From: Bacteroidota bacterium
GTDB lineage: Bacteria > Bacteroidota > Bacteroidia > UKL13-3
Direction of reading: 5' to 3'
NCBI GenBank assembly: GCA_046314755.1
Contig: JBKDBG010000017.1
Location: 7,626-71,625 of the forward strand
DNA: 64,000 bases
This document shows positions 38,232-47,804 of the stretch, in pieces. Position 1 is the first letter of the stretch; every line of letters begins with the position of its first letter. The translations under genes were made by a program, and so were the position numbers. The notes below the pieces were generated by a model. The model saw nothing but the letters and a program-made list of their open reading frames with translations. It was not told the origin of the DNA and made no database searches.

Positions 38232-41200
38232 CTACTCCACCAAGAGTTTCTTTTGAATAGAAGAGTTTATGGTATTAATTTCTACAAAATATAACCCCGG
38301 TTCCAAAGCAGATATATCAATGGTTTTTTGAAGCGCTACAACACATTTCACCCTACCATCAGTTTGTCTCATCGTAACGGTTCCTTGATCCTCCTCTTGT
38401 AAGCCGTCAATATGAATAAATCCTTTTGCCGGATTAGGGTAAATACTTAATGCATGCATTGGGTCTCCATTGTCAACACGCACCACATGGCTGTATTCGC
38501 TTTGGTTAAATTCAATCTTGTTTAATCGATAATACCCTTCTACTAATCTATTGTCATCAAAAACGTATTGTGTTTGGGTGGCTCTGTTTTTTGATTGAAT
38601 ATATCCAATCGTTTCAAATGCTAATCCATCGGCTGAATATTGTACTTCATAGCCTTTCATGTTTTTTTCTTGAGCCGTTGTCCATGATATTACGTTGCCG
38701 AATTCTTTTCGTCTAGCAGAAAAAGAAACTAGCTTTACGGGAAGTGCTTGCGCATTTCCGATTACTAATCTGAAGCGATTGCCTCCGGTTGCAGCATTTG
38801 AATTTTGAATTTGAAAAGTATATTTTGAATGCAACCTCACGTTGGTGATGTTGTTATTAAAAAGGTCAATCAAATACACATCCTTATTGGCTGGAATAGT
38901 ATTGCCCAAATCAAGCTCAATGGTATAACTTCCATTGGATACTGCATTTGTGCTTATCACAAATGTATCTGCTGTACTGTTGTTTAATGCTTGAACCACA
39001 TTGCGTTGAACAAGTTGATGATCAGAAGTAACAAATCCCATGTTGATGTTGCTGTTTAATAACTTCATGGCATCTTCATTAAACACATATGATAAAGAGG
39101 AATTGGGTTTAAAATGAAGCCAGGCGATATCATACTTTGTACTGTCTTGGTACATTTTAATGGATAAGGGATTTTCTTCTGTCTTAAAATATGCAGTTGG
39201 GTTGGTAGAAACCTTGCCGGACTCATTAAAGGTAACACTTGCCCCGGAAGAAGCAGCTTGTACGAAAAAGCCTTGGCCAATAGCAATATGTTGTGAAGAA
39301 GTTCTATTCACGTACATTCCGGTTGAGGCATCCCACACCCAATAGGAGTTTGATACCGACCCCGAAATGCTTAAGGCTGCATAATTAATTTCGCATGGGT
39401 ATGGGTTACCCAATAAATTCCAACCATCATTCGAGGCAGATCCGGTTGATGTATAAGATAAATTAACCGCAACAGCACCTTGGTTAATGTTGCCGAAATA
39501 ATCCATTACCGTATCATTCGGCACAATAGATGCATTTGTTAAGCTATTCGTTTGTGAACGACTTCCTCGGTAAAAAACCAACATGCCCAATCCTTGTCCA
39601 AGAGCATTGTTGGTATGGGTTATGTTCTTCCACCCTCTCCCTCCGGAAGTGTTTTCTTGATAAGTTACAATAGAAGAATTTGGTGTGGCGGCATCAAAGC
39701 CGTTTGAACCACCTCCCGGACCTGTGATCAAAATGTCTTCTTGCAATTGATTAAATGTAAAACCATTAATCGGGCTTGTCACCATTCTCCAGCCCCTTCT
39801 TCCTGAGCCGCCTTGTACAAATCGTTGCACATTTATATTGCCGCTAATGGCTGCACCTGATTGTATCTGAGCAATTCGTCCCGTTGCGGAAGCTGTTGAT
39901 ATCAATACCAAATTTCCATTTGCGTTTAATGTTCCTGCTGTTGGCGTAACTGTTCCTGTTACTTGTACTTCGTTTCCTAATGTTATCGTACTTGATGCGC
40001 GATTTACCGTAAGGTTAACAAGCCTATTGGTTGATCCGAAAGTTGTTTGATCGAAAAACAAAGAAATATTGCCTGTGCTTCCTCCAACATTTATTGATCC
40101 TCCGTTACTGCGTATAAAACCGGAAGTACGAGAAACAGCCCCATTCACCGATAACGTATTTGAACCAATATCAAGTGTAGCCGAACCAATAGTTAACGTA
40201 CCGGAAACCGTAAGGTTATTGCTTAAACTGCTTGTTCCCGAAGGCATGGTATAGTTTTGAAGTTCTGTTGGCAATGTGAAGTTAGAAATGCTTCCACCGT
40301 TAAAAATTAACGACCCGGTGTTGCCAAGCGTTAAGTTGTTTGATGCGTTAAACGCCCCATTTAGCGTAAGCGTACCGTTAATGGTTCGCGATGCATGCAG
40401 CACAGCCCCTGAAGCTCCAACAGAAACATTGTTTGGACCAGAGGAAGATGGCCACTCCATATTATTTGTTGTTTGCACAGAAACACCGGAATATACCAAC
40501 GTGCTATTATTTCCATAAGCAATTGAACCTGCACCGATGATGGTGCCCGAATGCGTTAAAGCTCCATTAATTGTCAACGTAACTCCTGCGTCTACTGTGA
40601 GTGTACCACCTGTATTTATTGTTAGTTCATCAAGGGTCTGGTTGCTGCTTACTCGAAGCGTTCCGCCATTATTAACAGTTACATCATTGGTTGCGGGTAA
40701 GGTTGAGCCCCCACTTCTGTTTAACTGTAAAGTTCCTGCATTAACGGTCGTTAATCCGGTAAATGTATTTTGCGCTGTTAATGTAACCGTGCCTAAACCA
40801 TTTTTATTCACATCATTAATGGTTGACTCATTGTTGGAAATCACACCAGTTACATTGAACGACTCGCTCGTGTTTGCGGTTAAATTTATTGGTATGTTGG
40901 AAACCTCTAACAATGTAAATAAAGCATCCATATTTGCTCCTGAGTTCCTTACATGAATTAATGCGGGAGAAACTCCAGTAGAGCCCGTAAATCTTCTAAT
41001 ATTGTTTCTGTTTGATCCAATAACCAGATTAAACTCTCGGTCAGAAACCACTTCAATATCATAGGTTGTTCCTGATTTGAAATCGGTAAAGTTAGGCATA
41101 TTCGTAGTGGAGAAACCTGCGCCATCACTAAATCGCGCTGTTGATTGTCCGCCTAGAAATTCTATTTTTAATATCGAGTTATTGTCATACCTACCAGCTA

Positions 41201-41612
41201 AAGAGGAGCCCCCATCAAAAATTCCACCGCCAGACTTTATTGAAACACCAATGATGCCATCGTTTACAATTCCCGTTCGCCCGCCACCGTCTTGTCCTGC
41301 AATTCGAATTCTGATTCTTTGTCCGGGCTTTACCGTACGTTGCGTTCCATTCAGTGTGCCGTCTGTTGTGAAAAACCGACCATCAAGTTGTCCTTGTACA
41401 GTACTTCCAAATGAAAATTGAGCAACGCCATTAGTAACAGAAAAGCTACCACTGTTTTCGCTCCACACGTTAGTCCAATTAGAATTCCCTGTGGTATAGT
41501 TTTGGGCAGAAGAATAGTTGTTTGAAATGATAAAAATATAAACCACTAAAGGGATCTTATATTTTAACAAATCGAATCGGTTCTTCACATTGTAAGAAAA
41601 AATCTGGCTCAT
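38232..41612 (-). CDS. T9SS cargo protein with autotransporter-like beta-strand repeats (xGTLTxxxG) and a Por/T9SS C-terminal sorting domain
   Basis: A 1126-aa ORF. The repeat block GTLTVDAGVTLTINGALTHSGTIIGAGS...NGTLTLNGAFNASNNLTLGNTGSLIFNGGSIS resembles passenger-domain (PATR-like) repeats. The C-terminus has the pre-CTD module LPVKLVSFSARRKEFGNVISWTTAQEKNMKGYEV... followed by IYPNPAKGFIHIDGL...GLYFVEINTINSSIQKKLLVE. Confidence 0.8.
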   Translation of the reverse strand: MSQIFSYNVKNRFDLLKYKIPLVVYIFIISNNYSSAQNYTTGNSNWTNVWSENSGSFSVTNGVAQFSFGSTVQGQLDGRFFTTDGTLNGTQRTVKPGQRIRIRIAGQDGGGRTGIVNDGIIGVSIKSGGGIFDGGSSLAGRYDNNSILKIEFLGGQSTARFSDGAGFSTTNMPNFTDFKSGTTYDIEVVSDREFNLVIGSNRNNIRRFTGSTGVSPALIHVRNSGANMDALFTLLEVSNIPINLTANTSESFNVTGVISNNESTINDVNKNGLGTVTLTAQNTFTGLTTVNAGTLQLNRSGGSTLPATNDVTVNNGGTLRVSSNQTLDELTINTGGTLTVDAGVTLTINGALTHSGTIIGAGSIAYGNNSTLVYSGVSVQTTNNMEWPSSSGPNNVSVGASGAVLHASRTINGTLTLNGAFNASNNLTLGNTGSLIFNGGSISNFTLPTELQNYTMPSGTSSLSNNLTVSGTLTIGSATLDIGSNTLSVNGAVSRTSGFIRSNGGSINVGGSTGNISLFFDQTTFGSTNRLVNLTVNRASSTITLGNEVQVTGTVTPTAGTLNANGNLVLISTASATGRIAQIQSGAAISGNINVQRFVQGGSGRRGWRMVTSPINGFTFNQLQEDILITGPGGGSNGFDAATPNSSIVTYQENTSGGRGWKNITHTNNALGQGLGMLVFYRGSRSQTNSLTNASIVPNDTVMDYFGNINQGAVAVNLSYTSTGSASNDGWNLLGNPYPCEINYAALSISGSVSNSYWVWDASTGMYVNRTSSQHIAIGQGFFVQAASSGASVTFNESGKVSTNPTAYFKTEENPLSIKMYQDSTKYDIAWLHFKPNSSLSYVFNEDAMKLLNSNINMGFVTSDHQLVQRNVVQALNNSTADTFVISTNAVSNGSYTIELDLGNTIPANKDVYLIDLFNNNITNVRLHSKYTFQIQNSNAATGGNRFRLVIGNAQALPVKLVSFSARRKEFGNVISWTTAQEKNMKGYEVQYSADGLAFETIGYIQSKNRATQTQYVFDDNRLVEGYYRLNKIEFNQSEYSHVVRVDNGDPMHALSIYPNPAKGFIHIDGLQEEDQGTVTMRQTDGRVKCVVALQKTIDISALEPGLYFVEINTINSSIQKKLLVE

Positions 41613-41685
41613 GCTTTTATAACTTTATTATTAAAATAACAGGCACCTATTAATCTTTTTTTCTAACCTTAATTTAAATCCTATT

Positions 41686-43800
41686 TCATTTCAAAAGTTT
41701 AATTGTTCTCTTTTCACCGTTATTATTTATCGTTAAATAATAAACACCTTCACTCAGTCCCTCTAAATTGCTTAGCACAAGTTTGCGGTCATGGGTCATT
41801 GACCGGCCTTCCTTCATCAACATGCCTTGCACATTATAAATTTCCCAAGCCAATGTGGTTGCCTCGCCTTGAATTCCGCTTATGATAATTTGATCATTAA
41901 ACGGTACCGGATATGCATTCAAATCTTTCCACAACAACTCTTGTTCAACACTTACTGTTTCAGAAAAAGAAACTGCTCCATCATAATCCACTTGTTTGAT
42001 TCGATAATAGGCCGCACCATCCAACACCTCATCAATAAACTGATAGGTGTTGCTTGTTTTGCTGTTACCGGCTCCACGAACAAAGGCAAGGTCTTCAAAG
42101 TATCTACCGTCAATTGACCTTTGAACAACAAACCCTTTGTTATTACTTTCTGAAGCAGTGGTCCATTCTACCAACACGGCACCATTTTTTACTTTAGCGC
42201 CTACGTTTACAAACACAACAGGTAAAGCAACATTGCACGTATTAAATACTGAACCTAACAAAACAGCGGTTGTGTTTATTCTGGTATATGTACGATTAAA
42301 TCCGCCCACACCATTGCTCACTGTGCAAGAGCGTTGGGCGGGATTCGGAAAGGATTCATGATTCGCAGCAACAGAGCTGTCTCCGTTAATGTATTTGTAC
42401 TCAAACGTAGTAGGACAAACATTGTTTACAATGGCTTGGTAGTGATTTGGTGTATTCGGAATCGGAGTCATTCTAATGGCGCCTCCCACCCAAGTTGGTG
42501 TAGTAAAACTTCCCATCACATACACTCTGCCTTGCGGGTCCGGTGTTTGTCCGGTAAGGTCAACCACAAACGTAATGGTGGATGGTGCCGGAGTTGGCGG
42601 ACAAGCGGTTGTCATGCCAAAACATGGTGTTGCTAATGTGCTATCTTTAATCACTACCAACTCTCTGTTTGAAGACGTTGTTGTAAACGAGCTCTCCCAA
42701 TTGGTTACCCCATTACGATGAAAACGAAACTTGTATTGTAGAGCAACTCCGGAATCAATGGTGATTATGCGGCTATATACATTTGTTGTTCCCAAACGAT
42801 TTAATAAAACACCATTTGACCAATTGGTTAGTGCTGCATCAGAACCTGCAACCGTAATGGAATCAATACCTCCGCAAATGTTATTGGTTACATCAACCGA
42901 AAAGGTAAGGTTGAATTTAGCCGTAAATGAAGCAACGTAATTATTTCCCGAATTATCATTTACCTGCAAGCAGCATAAACTTCTGTCGGCTTCTGTTAAT
43001 TGATTCAGTTTGCTTAATGTGAGTGTTGATGTAAACGCATAATACCTGATGCTGGTTCCGCTCGGTTGTGCCGGAATAATTACTTGCCAGTTGGTATTGG
43101 TTGGCGCATTCGTTGATGTGGCTTCTAAAATGGTAGTGCTGTTCGTTGATGCAAAACCGCTTGCAGAAGTATAACGAACAAATACCCTTTCTCCTGTTGA
43201 TGGAGCAGCTGAAGTAGTGACATTAACCACAACACTGTTGTTGGCTTGTATACTTTGGGTAACTGTGTTTAGCGTAACAGGGTTATTTGCAGTGTATCCT
43301 ACATAATACCGTGCATTTGTATTGGTGTAGCCGCAATCGTTAAACACAAAGGTATATCTGCCGGCAGTGCTCATGTTTAAGCCCATGTCGTTTCCGGAGT
43401 TGTATGCTCCTGCTATGTTCACCGAATCTATTCTGGCTTGCGCTACCGAAGTAAATACCCATTTATTTTGAAAGCGATTGGCGGGGGGGCCGGAAATAAA
43501 TAAAAATCCGTTACCACCTCCACCGGCCATGTTACTATTGGTAACATCGCCTCCCGTTGGTTGTGCATTATACGTTTTTACCCATTGCCCACGCCCATCA
43601 GTTGGGTTACCCGAAGTAGTTGTAATTCTTCGGTAAACCGAATTCGCTGATGAAGCTGTGCTGTATCCGTTCATGCTTCCGGTTACTTGAACGGGCTCTC
43701 CCGAAAAGATATTTTGACTATATGTCATCGGAGCTAACACCATACAAAACAACATTGCAATTGTTGCTTTCAACGGTTTTAATTGTAGTATGTTTTTCAT
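41686..43800 (-). CDS. Starch-binding T9SS cargo protein: unknown N-terminal domain, CBM20 plus CBM20-like second domain, pre-CTD module and T9SS CTD
   Basis: A 704-aa ORF. ITVAGSDAALTNWSNGVLLNRLGTTNVYSRIITIDSGVALQYKFRFHRNGVTNWESSFTTTSSNRELVV matches the CBM20 starch-binding pattern (W...G.V.YKF......WE...NR). The second domain, VYVMGSFTTPTWVGGAIRM...EYKYINGDSSVAANHESFPNPAQRSCTVSNGVGGFNRTY, is CBM20-like. The first roughly 170 aa are about 80% identical to the 1326-aa neighbour. The T9SS CTD is at the C-terminus. Confidence 0.8.
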   Translation of the reverse strand: MKNILQLKPLKATIAMLFCMVLAPMTYSQNIFSGEPVQVTGSMNGYSTASSANSVYRRITTTSGNPTDGRGQWVKTYNAQPTGGDVTNSNMAGGGGNGFLFISGPPANRFQNKWVFTSVAQARIDSVNIAGAYNSGNDMGLNMSTAGRYTFVFNDCGYTNTNARYYVGYTANNPVTLNTVTQSIQANNSVVVNVTTSAAPSTGERVFVRYTSASGFASTNSTTILEATSTNAPTNTNWQVIIPAQPSGTSIRYYAFTSTLTLSKLNQLTEADRSLCCLQVNDNSGNNYVASFTAKFNLTFSVDVTNNICGGIDSITVAGSDAALTNWSNGVLLNRLGTTNVYSRIITIDSGVALQYKFRFHRNGVTNWESSFTTTSSNRELVVIKDSTLATPCFGMTTACPPTPAPSTITFVVDLTGQTPDPQGRVYVMGSFTTPTWVGGAIRMTPIPNTPNHYQAIVNNVCPTTFEYKYINGDSSVAANHESFPNPAQRSCTVSNGVGGFNRTYTRINTTAVLLGSVFNTCNVALPVVFVNVGAKVKNGAVLVEWTTASESNNKGFVVQRSIDGRYFEDLAFVRGAGNSKTSNTYQFIDEVLDGAAYYRIKQVDYDGAVSFSETVSVEQELLWKDLNAYPVPFNDQIIISGIQGEATTLAWEIYNVQGMLMKEGRSMTHDRKLVLSNLEGLSEGVYYLTINNNGEKRTIKLLK

Positions 43801-43818
43801 ATGTATTACTAATTATAA

Positions 43819-46800
43819 TTACTGCTTACAAACTTTTATCATTTTTACTCCAAACTCATTTTTCACACGGAGATAATACACGCCTGATGGCAACTCCTCG
43901 GTTGAAATCTGCGCGGATGTTTGTTCTTCGGTATGATAAACCACCACACCAGTAACATTGGTAATGGTAATTGATGTTTGTTCTAATAGTCCTTCAATCA
44001 AAAGTTGGTTGTTGAACGGATTAGGATAAATATTCACTCCGTTTTCATTCACTTTGTTCAAACCTGTACCACTTAAACTTGTATTATACAATGCAGTATC
44101 TGCGCACGGAACATTAGCAATTACGCGTATGGTTCCCAATAAGCCGCTTTCCCATACTACTGTAATTTGTGAAGTTCCTAATCCGCTGATGATTTTTCCG
44201 TTTGAGCTAATCTCCCAAGCATATCCACTGAATGATGAATTTGTTGTTTGGTATAAAACGGTATCGCCTAGCTTAGCTTCTGTAGGGCCAATTACCGGAC
44301 CAACGTTTATCGGCTCACACACGTTTACATTCAATACAGTTTGGTTGCTGCAGGTATCATTTGCTTTCACCTTGATGTTGTTTGTTCCGGCACTTACCCA
44401 TTTTACTGTTATCGTGTTTGTTCCGGCACCACTTTCAATGGTTCCGCCTGTTACTTCCCAAATGGCAGTTGATCCTTGCGGTAAGGAGGTTTGATAGGCT
44501 TGTGTTTCATTTAAGCGTGCAGTGGTTGTTCCCGTAATCGGACCAACCTCAACAGCAATTCGCCTGTTCACTTCAACTGTAGTGCTTACGATACCCCCTC
44601 CAACAGAAACCAAACGAACCAAATAGTTACCCACTACTGTTGGGGCCGGAATAATTAAATTGGTTTGTCCGGATGCATTAAACAATTGAACGGTTCCCGT
44701 ATTAATCGGCTGAGCGAAACTTCCATTCGCATCAGAAATTTCAACACGGAATAATGAATCCGTATACGCTGAATTTCTTAGTGTGTATTGAACTGTTGTA
44801 ATTCCGTTACCACAAACAACAGCAGGAGATGGATTTGAAAGTTGAAGCTCTTCTTGTTTGCTGCATTTGTTAAATAAAAATTCAACTTGTGTTAATGCCG
44901 CAATATTTCTAATGAGTTGTCGATTAAACCCACCTAAGCCATTGCTAACCACACAGCCTCTTTCATTCGCATTTGGAAAAGTTTCCGCATTATTCACCAC
45001 ACTGCTATCTCCATTAATAAATTTATATAACACGGTATCTACGCAAACCTGTGTGGTGATTTCAAACAATCCGGGTTGACCAGAAACCTGCTGCATTCGC
45101 ATAGGTCCGCCCATCCATTGCGGTTGTGTGAAATTTCCCATTACATACACTCTTCCTTGTGCGTCAGGAATTACTTGCGATACATCAACCCTAAAGCGAA
45201 CAAGCGAAGGAGGATTACTCGGAGCACAATTCCCTGTTTCGCCAAAACATACCGGACCAATTGTGGCAGATGAGGTGATGGTAAACTCTCTGTTTTTGCT
45301 TGTAGTTGCAAAATCGCTTTCCCAAACTGTTGTTCCCGAGCGATGTGTTCTAAATTTATATTGAAGCGCCAATCCGGAATCCAGCAACAGTGTATCTGTA
45401 TAAATATTGGTTCCTGTTATTTGGTGCAGTCTTCTACTGCCTGCCCAATTACCTAATATCACATTGTTGCCGGTGATGGTTACTGAATCAGGAAGCGCAC
45501 ATTTTTGCTTTTCAAGATTCACCTGAAATACCACTTGGTATTTAGGAATAATTGGAGCAGGAGAGCAACTATCGAACATAAATTCTAATACAACAGGTAA
45601 GCTGTCGTTGCGAAGGAGTCTTCTGTTAAACCCTCCGCCCGATGCCGGTACTACACAAGTTCTTTGAGAAGCGGAAGGAAACGTTTCTGCATTTACAATA
45701 ACACTGCTATCTCCATTTATAAATTTGTACAATACCGTATCGGCACAAACAGAAACCATTCTTTCAAAAACACCCGGACGACCTGCTACAGGAAATAATC
45801 GTAATGCACCTTGTTGCCATTGTGGTGTGGTGAAATTTCCCATCACATAAATTCTTCCTTGGGCATTTGGAACACCTCTGCTTAAATCAACCCTAAACGT
45901 AATGTTTGATGGTGCCGGAAGAGGAGAACAATTGTTTAGTTGATTAAAACAAACTACCTCAAGTGTGGTGTCGGTGTTAACCGTAAGTTGTCGGTTTCCA
46001 CTTGTTGATGTAAAATTAGATTCCCATGTTATTGCTCCGTTTGTATGCCAACGAAATTTATACTGAATGGCTAAGGCCGAATCAAAACTGATGGTGTCAC
46101 TGTAAATATTGCTTATTCCTTCTTGTTTAAGTCGCACCGAATTCGACCAATTGCCTAACATGACGTGATTGCCTGTAATGGTTACCGAATCAAATCCGGC
46201 ACACGCCAATCGCTCCATGTTTACCCTAAATCGAACTGTTTTTTTACTGATTACAGGAGCAACCATACAACTGTCAAATAAGTACTCTAATGTTTGTGCT
46301 TGCGTACCGTTTCTTACAAAAATTCGGTTAAACCCTCCGGTTCCATTTGATACCGTGCATGAACGTTGCGAAGGAGAAGGAAATGTTTCTGCATTTGCTG
46401 CCACACTGCTGTCTCCATTCATAAATTTATAAATCACCGTGTCGGCACAAACAGAAACCGTTCTTTCAAAAACACCCGGACGACCTGCTACAGGAAATAA
46501 TCGTAATGCCCCTTGTTGCCATTGTGGTGTGGTGAAATTTCCCATCACATAAATTCTTCCTTGGGCATTTGGAACACCTCTGCTTAAATCAACCCTAAAC
46601 GTAACTTGTGATGGTGGCGGAAATGAGGGGCAAGTTTGTTGTTGACCAAAACAAAAAGCAAGAAGTGACGTATCTTTTTGAATGGTAATTTCTCGGTTGC
46701 CACTTACGGTTGAAAAGTTTGCTTCCCATTGTGTTGTTCCATTTCGGTGATACCTGAATTTAAATTGAACCGCAGCACCTGAATCAAGCAACAAGGTATC

Positions 46801-47799
46801 CGAGTGAATGGTGCCGTTGCTATTCATCCTACGCCATCCCGACCAGTTGCCCAATACCATTTGATTACCAACTAAAGTCACCGAGTCAAAAGGCACACAA
46901 GCAAATGCGGCCATATCAACATTAAACACCACATTGTATTTTGGAACAAAACTGTGTTGATAGTTTAGTCCGTTGTTGTCTAAAACTTGTAAAGCACATA
47001 AAGATTTTCCGGTTTCGTTTAGTGCATTTAACTGTGTTTGTATTAGGGTTGAAGTAAAGAAATAATACGTAACTGTACTGCCGGCATTCATAGCAGGTAA
47101 TGTGGCTTGCCATAAAGTATCGGTAGGATTATTTAAAGAGGAACATGCCAAAACCGTACTGCTTGATGTTGCTCCAAAATTTGAATTCAATGTGTATCTT
47201 ACAAACACCCTTTCATTAGGTGACGGAGTAGTGTTTGTTCTCAACTGCAATTGAAGAGTGTTGTTGGCCAACACTTGCATGCTTGCATTACTTACTTGCA
47301 CCGGCTGATTTGGGGTATAACCCACATAAAACTGGGCATTGGTTGCTGTGTAACCACAGTCGTTAAACACAAACGTATACCTTCCGGCAGTGCTCATGTT
47401 TAAGCCCATATCTTGACCGGAATTATATGCTGAAATTCCGTTGATAGAATCTAAGCGTGCTTGTCCGATTCCCGCAAAAACCCATTTGTTTTGAAAGCGA
47501 CTAGCAGAAGGTCCGGATATAAATAAAAATCCGTTACCTCCTCCACCGGCCATGTTTGTGTTTGTTACATCACCACCACTTGGTTGTGCATTATAGGTTT
47601 TTACCCATTGGCCTCTGCCATCGGTTGGGTTACCCGCATTTACCGACACCCTTCTGTAGGTGGTGTTAAATGCACTTCCCGTATTATAGTTATTCATGGA
47701 GCCAACCACTTGAACCGGCTCTCCGGAAAAAATATTCTGGGCATTTGTGCCTGTGGCAAAAAGACCCAAGAACACTCCACAAAGGATGCTTTTTTTCAT
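43819..47799 (-). CDS. Starch-binding T9SS cargo protein with four tandem (CBM20 + CBM20-like) units, two Ig-like domains and a T9SS CTD
   Basis: A 1326-aa ORF. There are four roughly 234-aa repeats, each containing a CBM20 (for example VTLVGNQMVLGNWSGWRRMNSNGTIHSDTLLLDSGAAVQFKFRYHRNGTTQWEANFSTVSGNREITI) and a second module (FRVDLSRGVPNAQGRIYVMGNFTTPQWQQGALRL...YKFMNGDSS...FPSPSQRSCTVSNGTGGFNR). The C-terminus YPNPFNNQLLIEGL...GVYYLRVKNEFGVKMIKVCKQ is a T9SS CTD. The gene starts 5 bp after the stop of the 932-aa amylase gene. Confidence 0.8.
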   Translation of the reverse strand: MKKSILCGVFLGLFATGTNAQNIFSGEPVQVVGSMNNYNTGSAFNTTYRRVSVNAGNPTDGRGQWVKTYNAQPSGGDVTNTNMAGGGGNGFLFISGPSASRFQNKWVFAGIGQARLDSINGISAYNSGQDMGLNMSTAGRYTFVFNDCGYTATNAQFYVGYTPNQPVQVSNASMQVLANNTLQLQLRTNTTPSPNERVFVRYTLNSNFGATSSSTVLACSSLNNPTDTLWQATLPAMNAGSTVTYYFFTSTLIQTQLNALNETGKSLCALQVLDNNGLNYQHSFVPKYNVVFNVDMAAFACVPFDSVTLVGNQMVLGNWSGWRRMNSNGTIHSDTLLLDSGAAVQFKFRYHRNGTTQWEANFSTVSGNREITIQKDTSLLAFCFGQQQTCPSFPPPSQVTFRVDLSRGVPNAQGRIYVMGNFTTPQWQQGALRLFPVAGRPGVFERTVSVCADTVIYKFMNGDSSVAANAETFPSPSQRSCTVSNGTGGFNRIFVRNGTQAQTLEYLFDSCMVAPVISKKTVRFRVNMERLACAGFDSVTITGNHVMLGNWSNSVRLKQEGISNIYSDTISFDSALAIQYKFRWHTNGAITWESNFTSTSGNRQLTVNTDTTLEVVCFNQLNNCSPLPAPSNITFRVDLSRGVPNAQGRIYVMGNFTTPQWQQGALRLFPVAGRPGVFERMVSVCADTVLYKFINGDSSVIVNAETFPSASQRTCVVPASGGGFNRRLLRNDSLPVVLEFMFDSCSPAPIIPKYQVVFQVNLEKQKCALPDSVTITGNNVILGNWAGSRRLHQITGTNIYTDTLLLDSGLALQYKFRTHRSGTTVWESDFATTSKNREFTITSSATIGPVCFGETGNCAPSNPPSLVRFRVDVSQVIPDAQGRVYVMGNFTQPQWMGGPMRMQQVSGQPGLFEITTQVCVDTVLYKFINGDSSVVNNAETFPNANERGCVVSNGLGGFNRQLIRNIAALTQVEFLFNKCSKQEELQLSNPSPAVVCGNGITTVQYTLRNSAYTDSLFRVEISDANGSFAQPINTGTVQLFNASGQTNLIIPAPTVVGNYLVRLVSVGGGIVSTTVEVNRRIAVEVGPITGTTTARLNETQAYQTSLPQGSTAIWEVTGGTIESGAGTNTITVKWVSAGTNNIKVKANDTCSNQTVLNVNVCEPINVGPVIGPTEAKLGDTVLYQTTNSSFSGYAWEISSNGKIISGLGTSQITVVWESGLLGTIRVIANVPCADTALYNTSLSGTGLNKVNENGVNIYPNPFNNQLLIEGLLEQTSITITNVTGVVVYHTEEQTSAQISTEELPSGVYYLRVKNEFGVKMIKVCKQ
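45737..45903. repeat. Near-identical roughly 165-bp direct repeat, copy A (copy B at 46438-46605), inside the 1326-aa gene
   Basis: CGGCACAAACAGAAACC(A/G)TTCTTTCAAAAACACCCGGACGACCTGCTACAGGAAATAATCGTAATGC(A/C)CCTTGTTGCCATTGTGGTGTGGTGAAATTTCCCATCACATAAATTCTTCCTTGGGCATTTGGAACACCTCTGCTTAAATCAACCCTAAACGTAA occurs twice, about 702 bp apart, with only about 2 mismatches. The flanks are similar at roughly 85% identity. Confidence 0.85.
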
Positions 47800-47804
47800 A
47801 CGTG

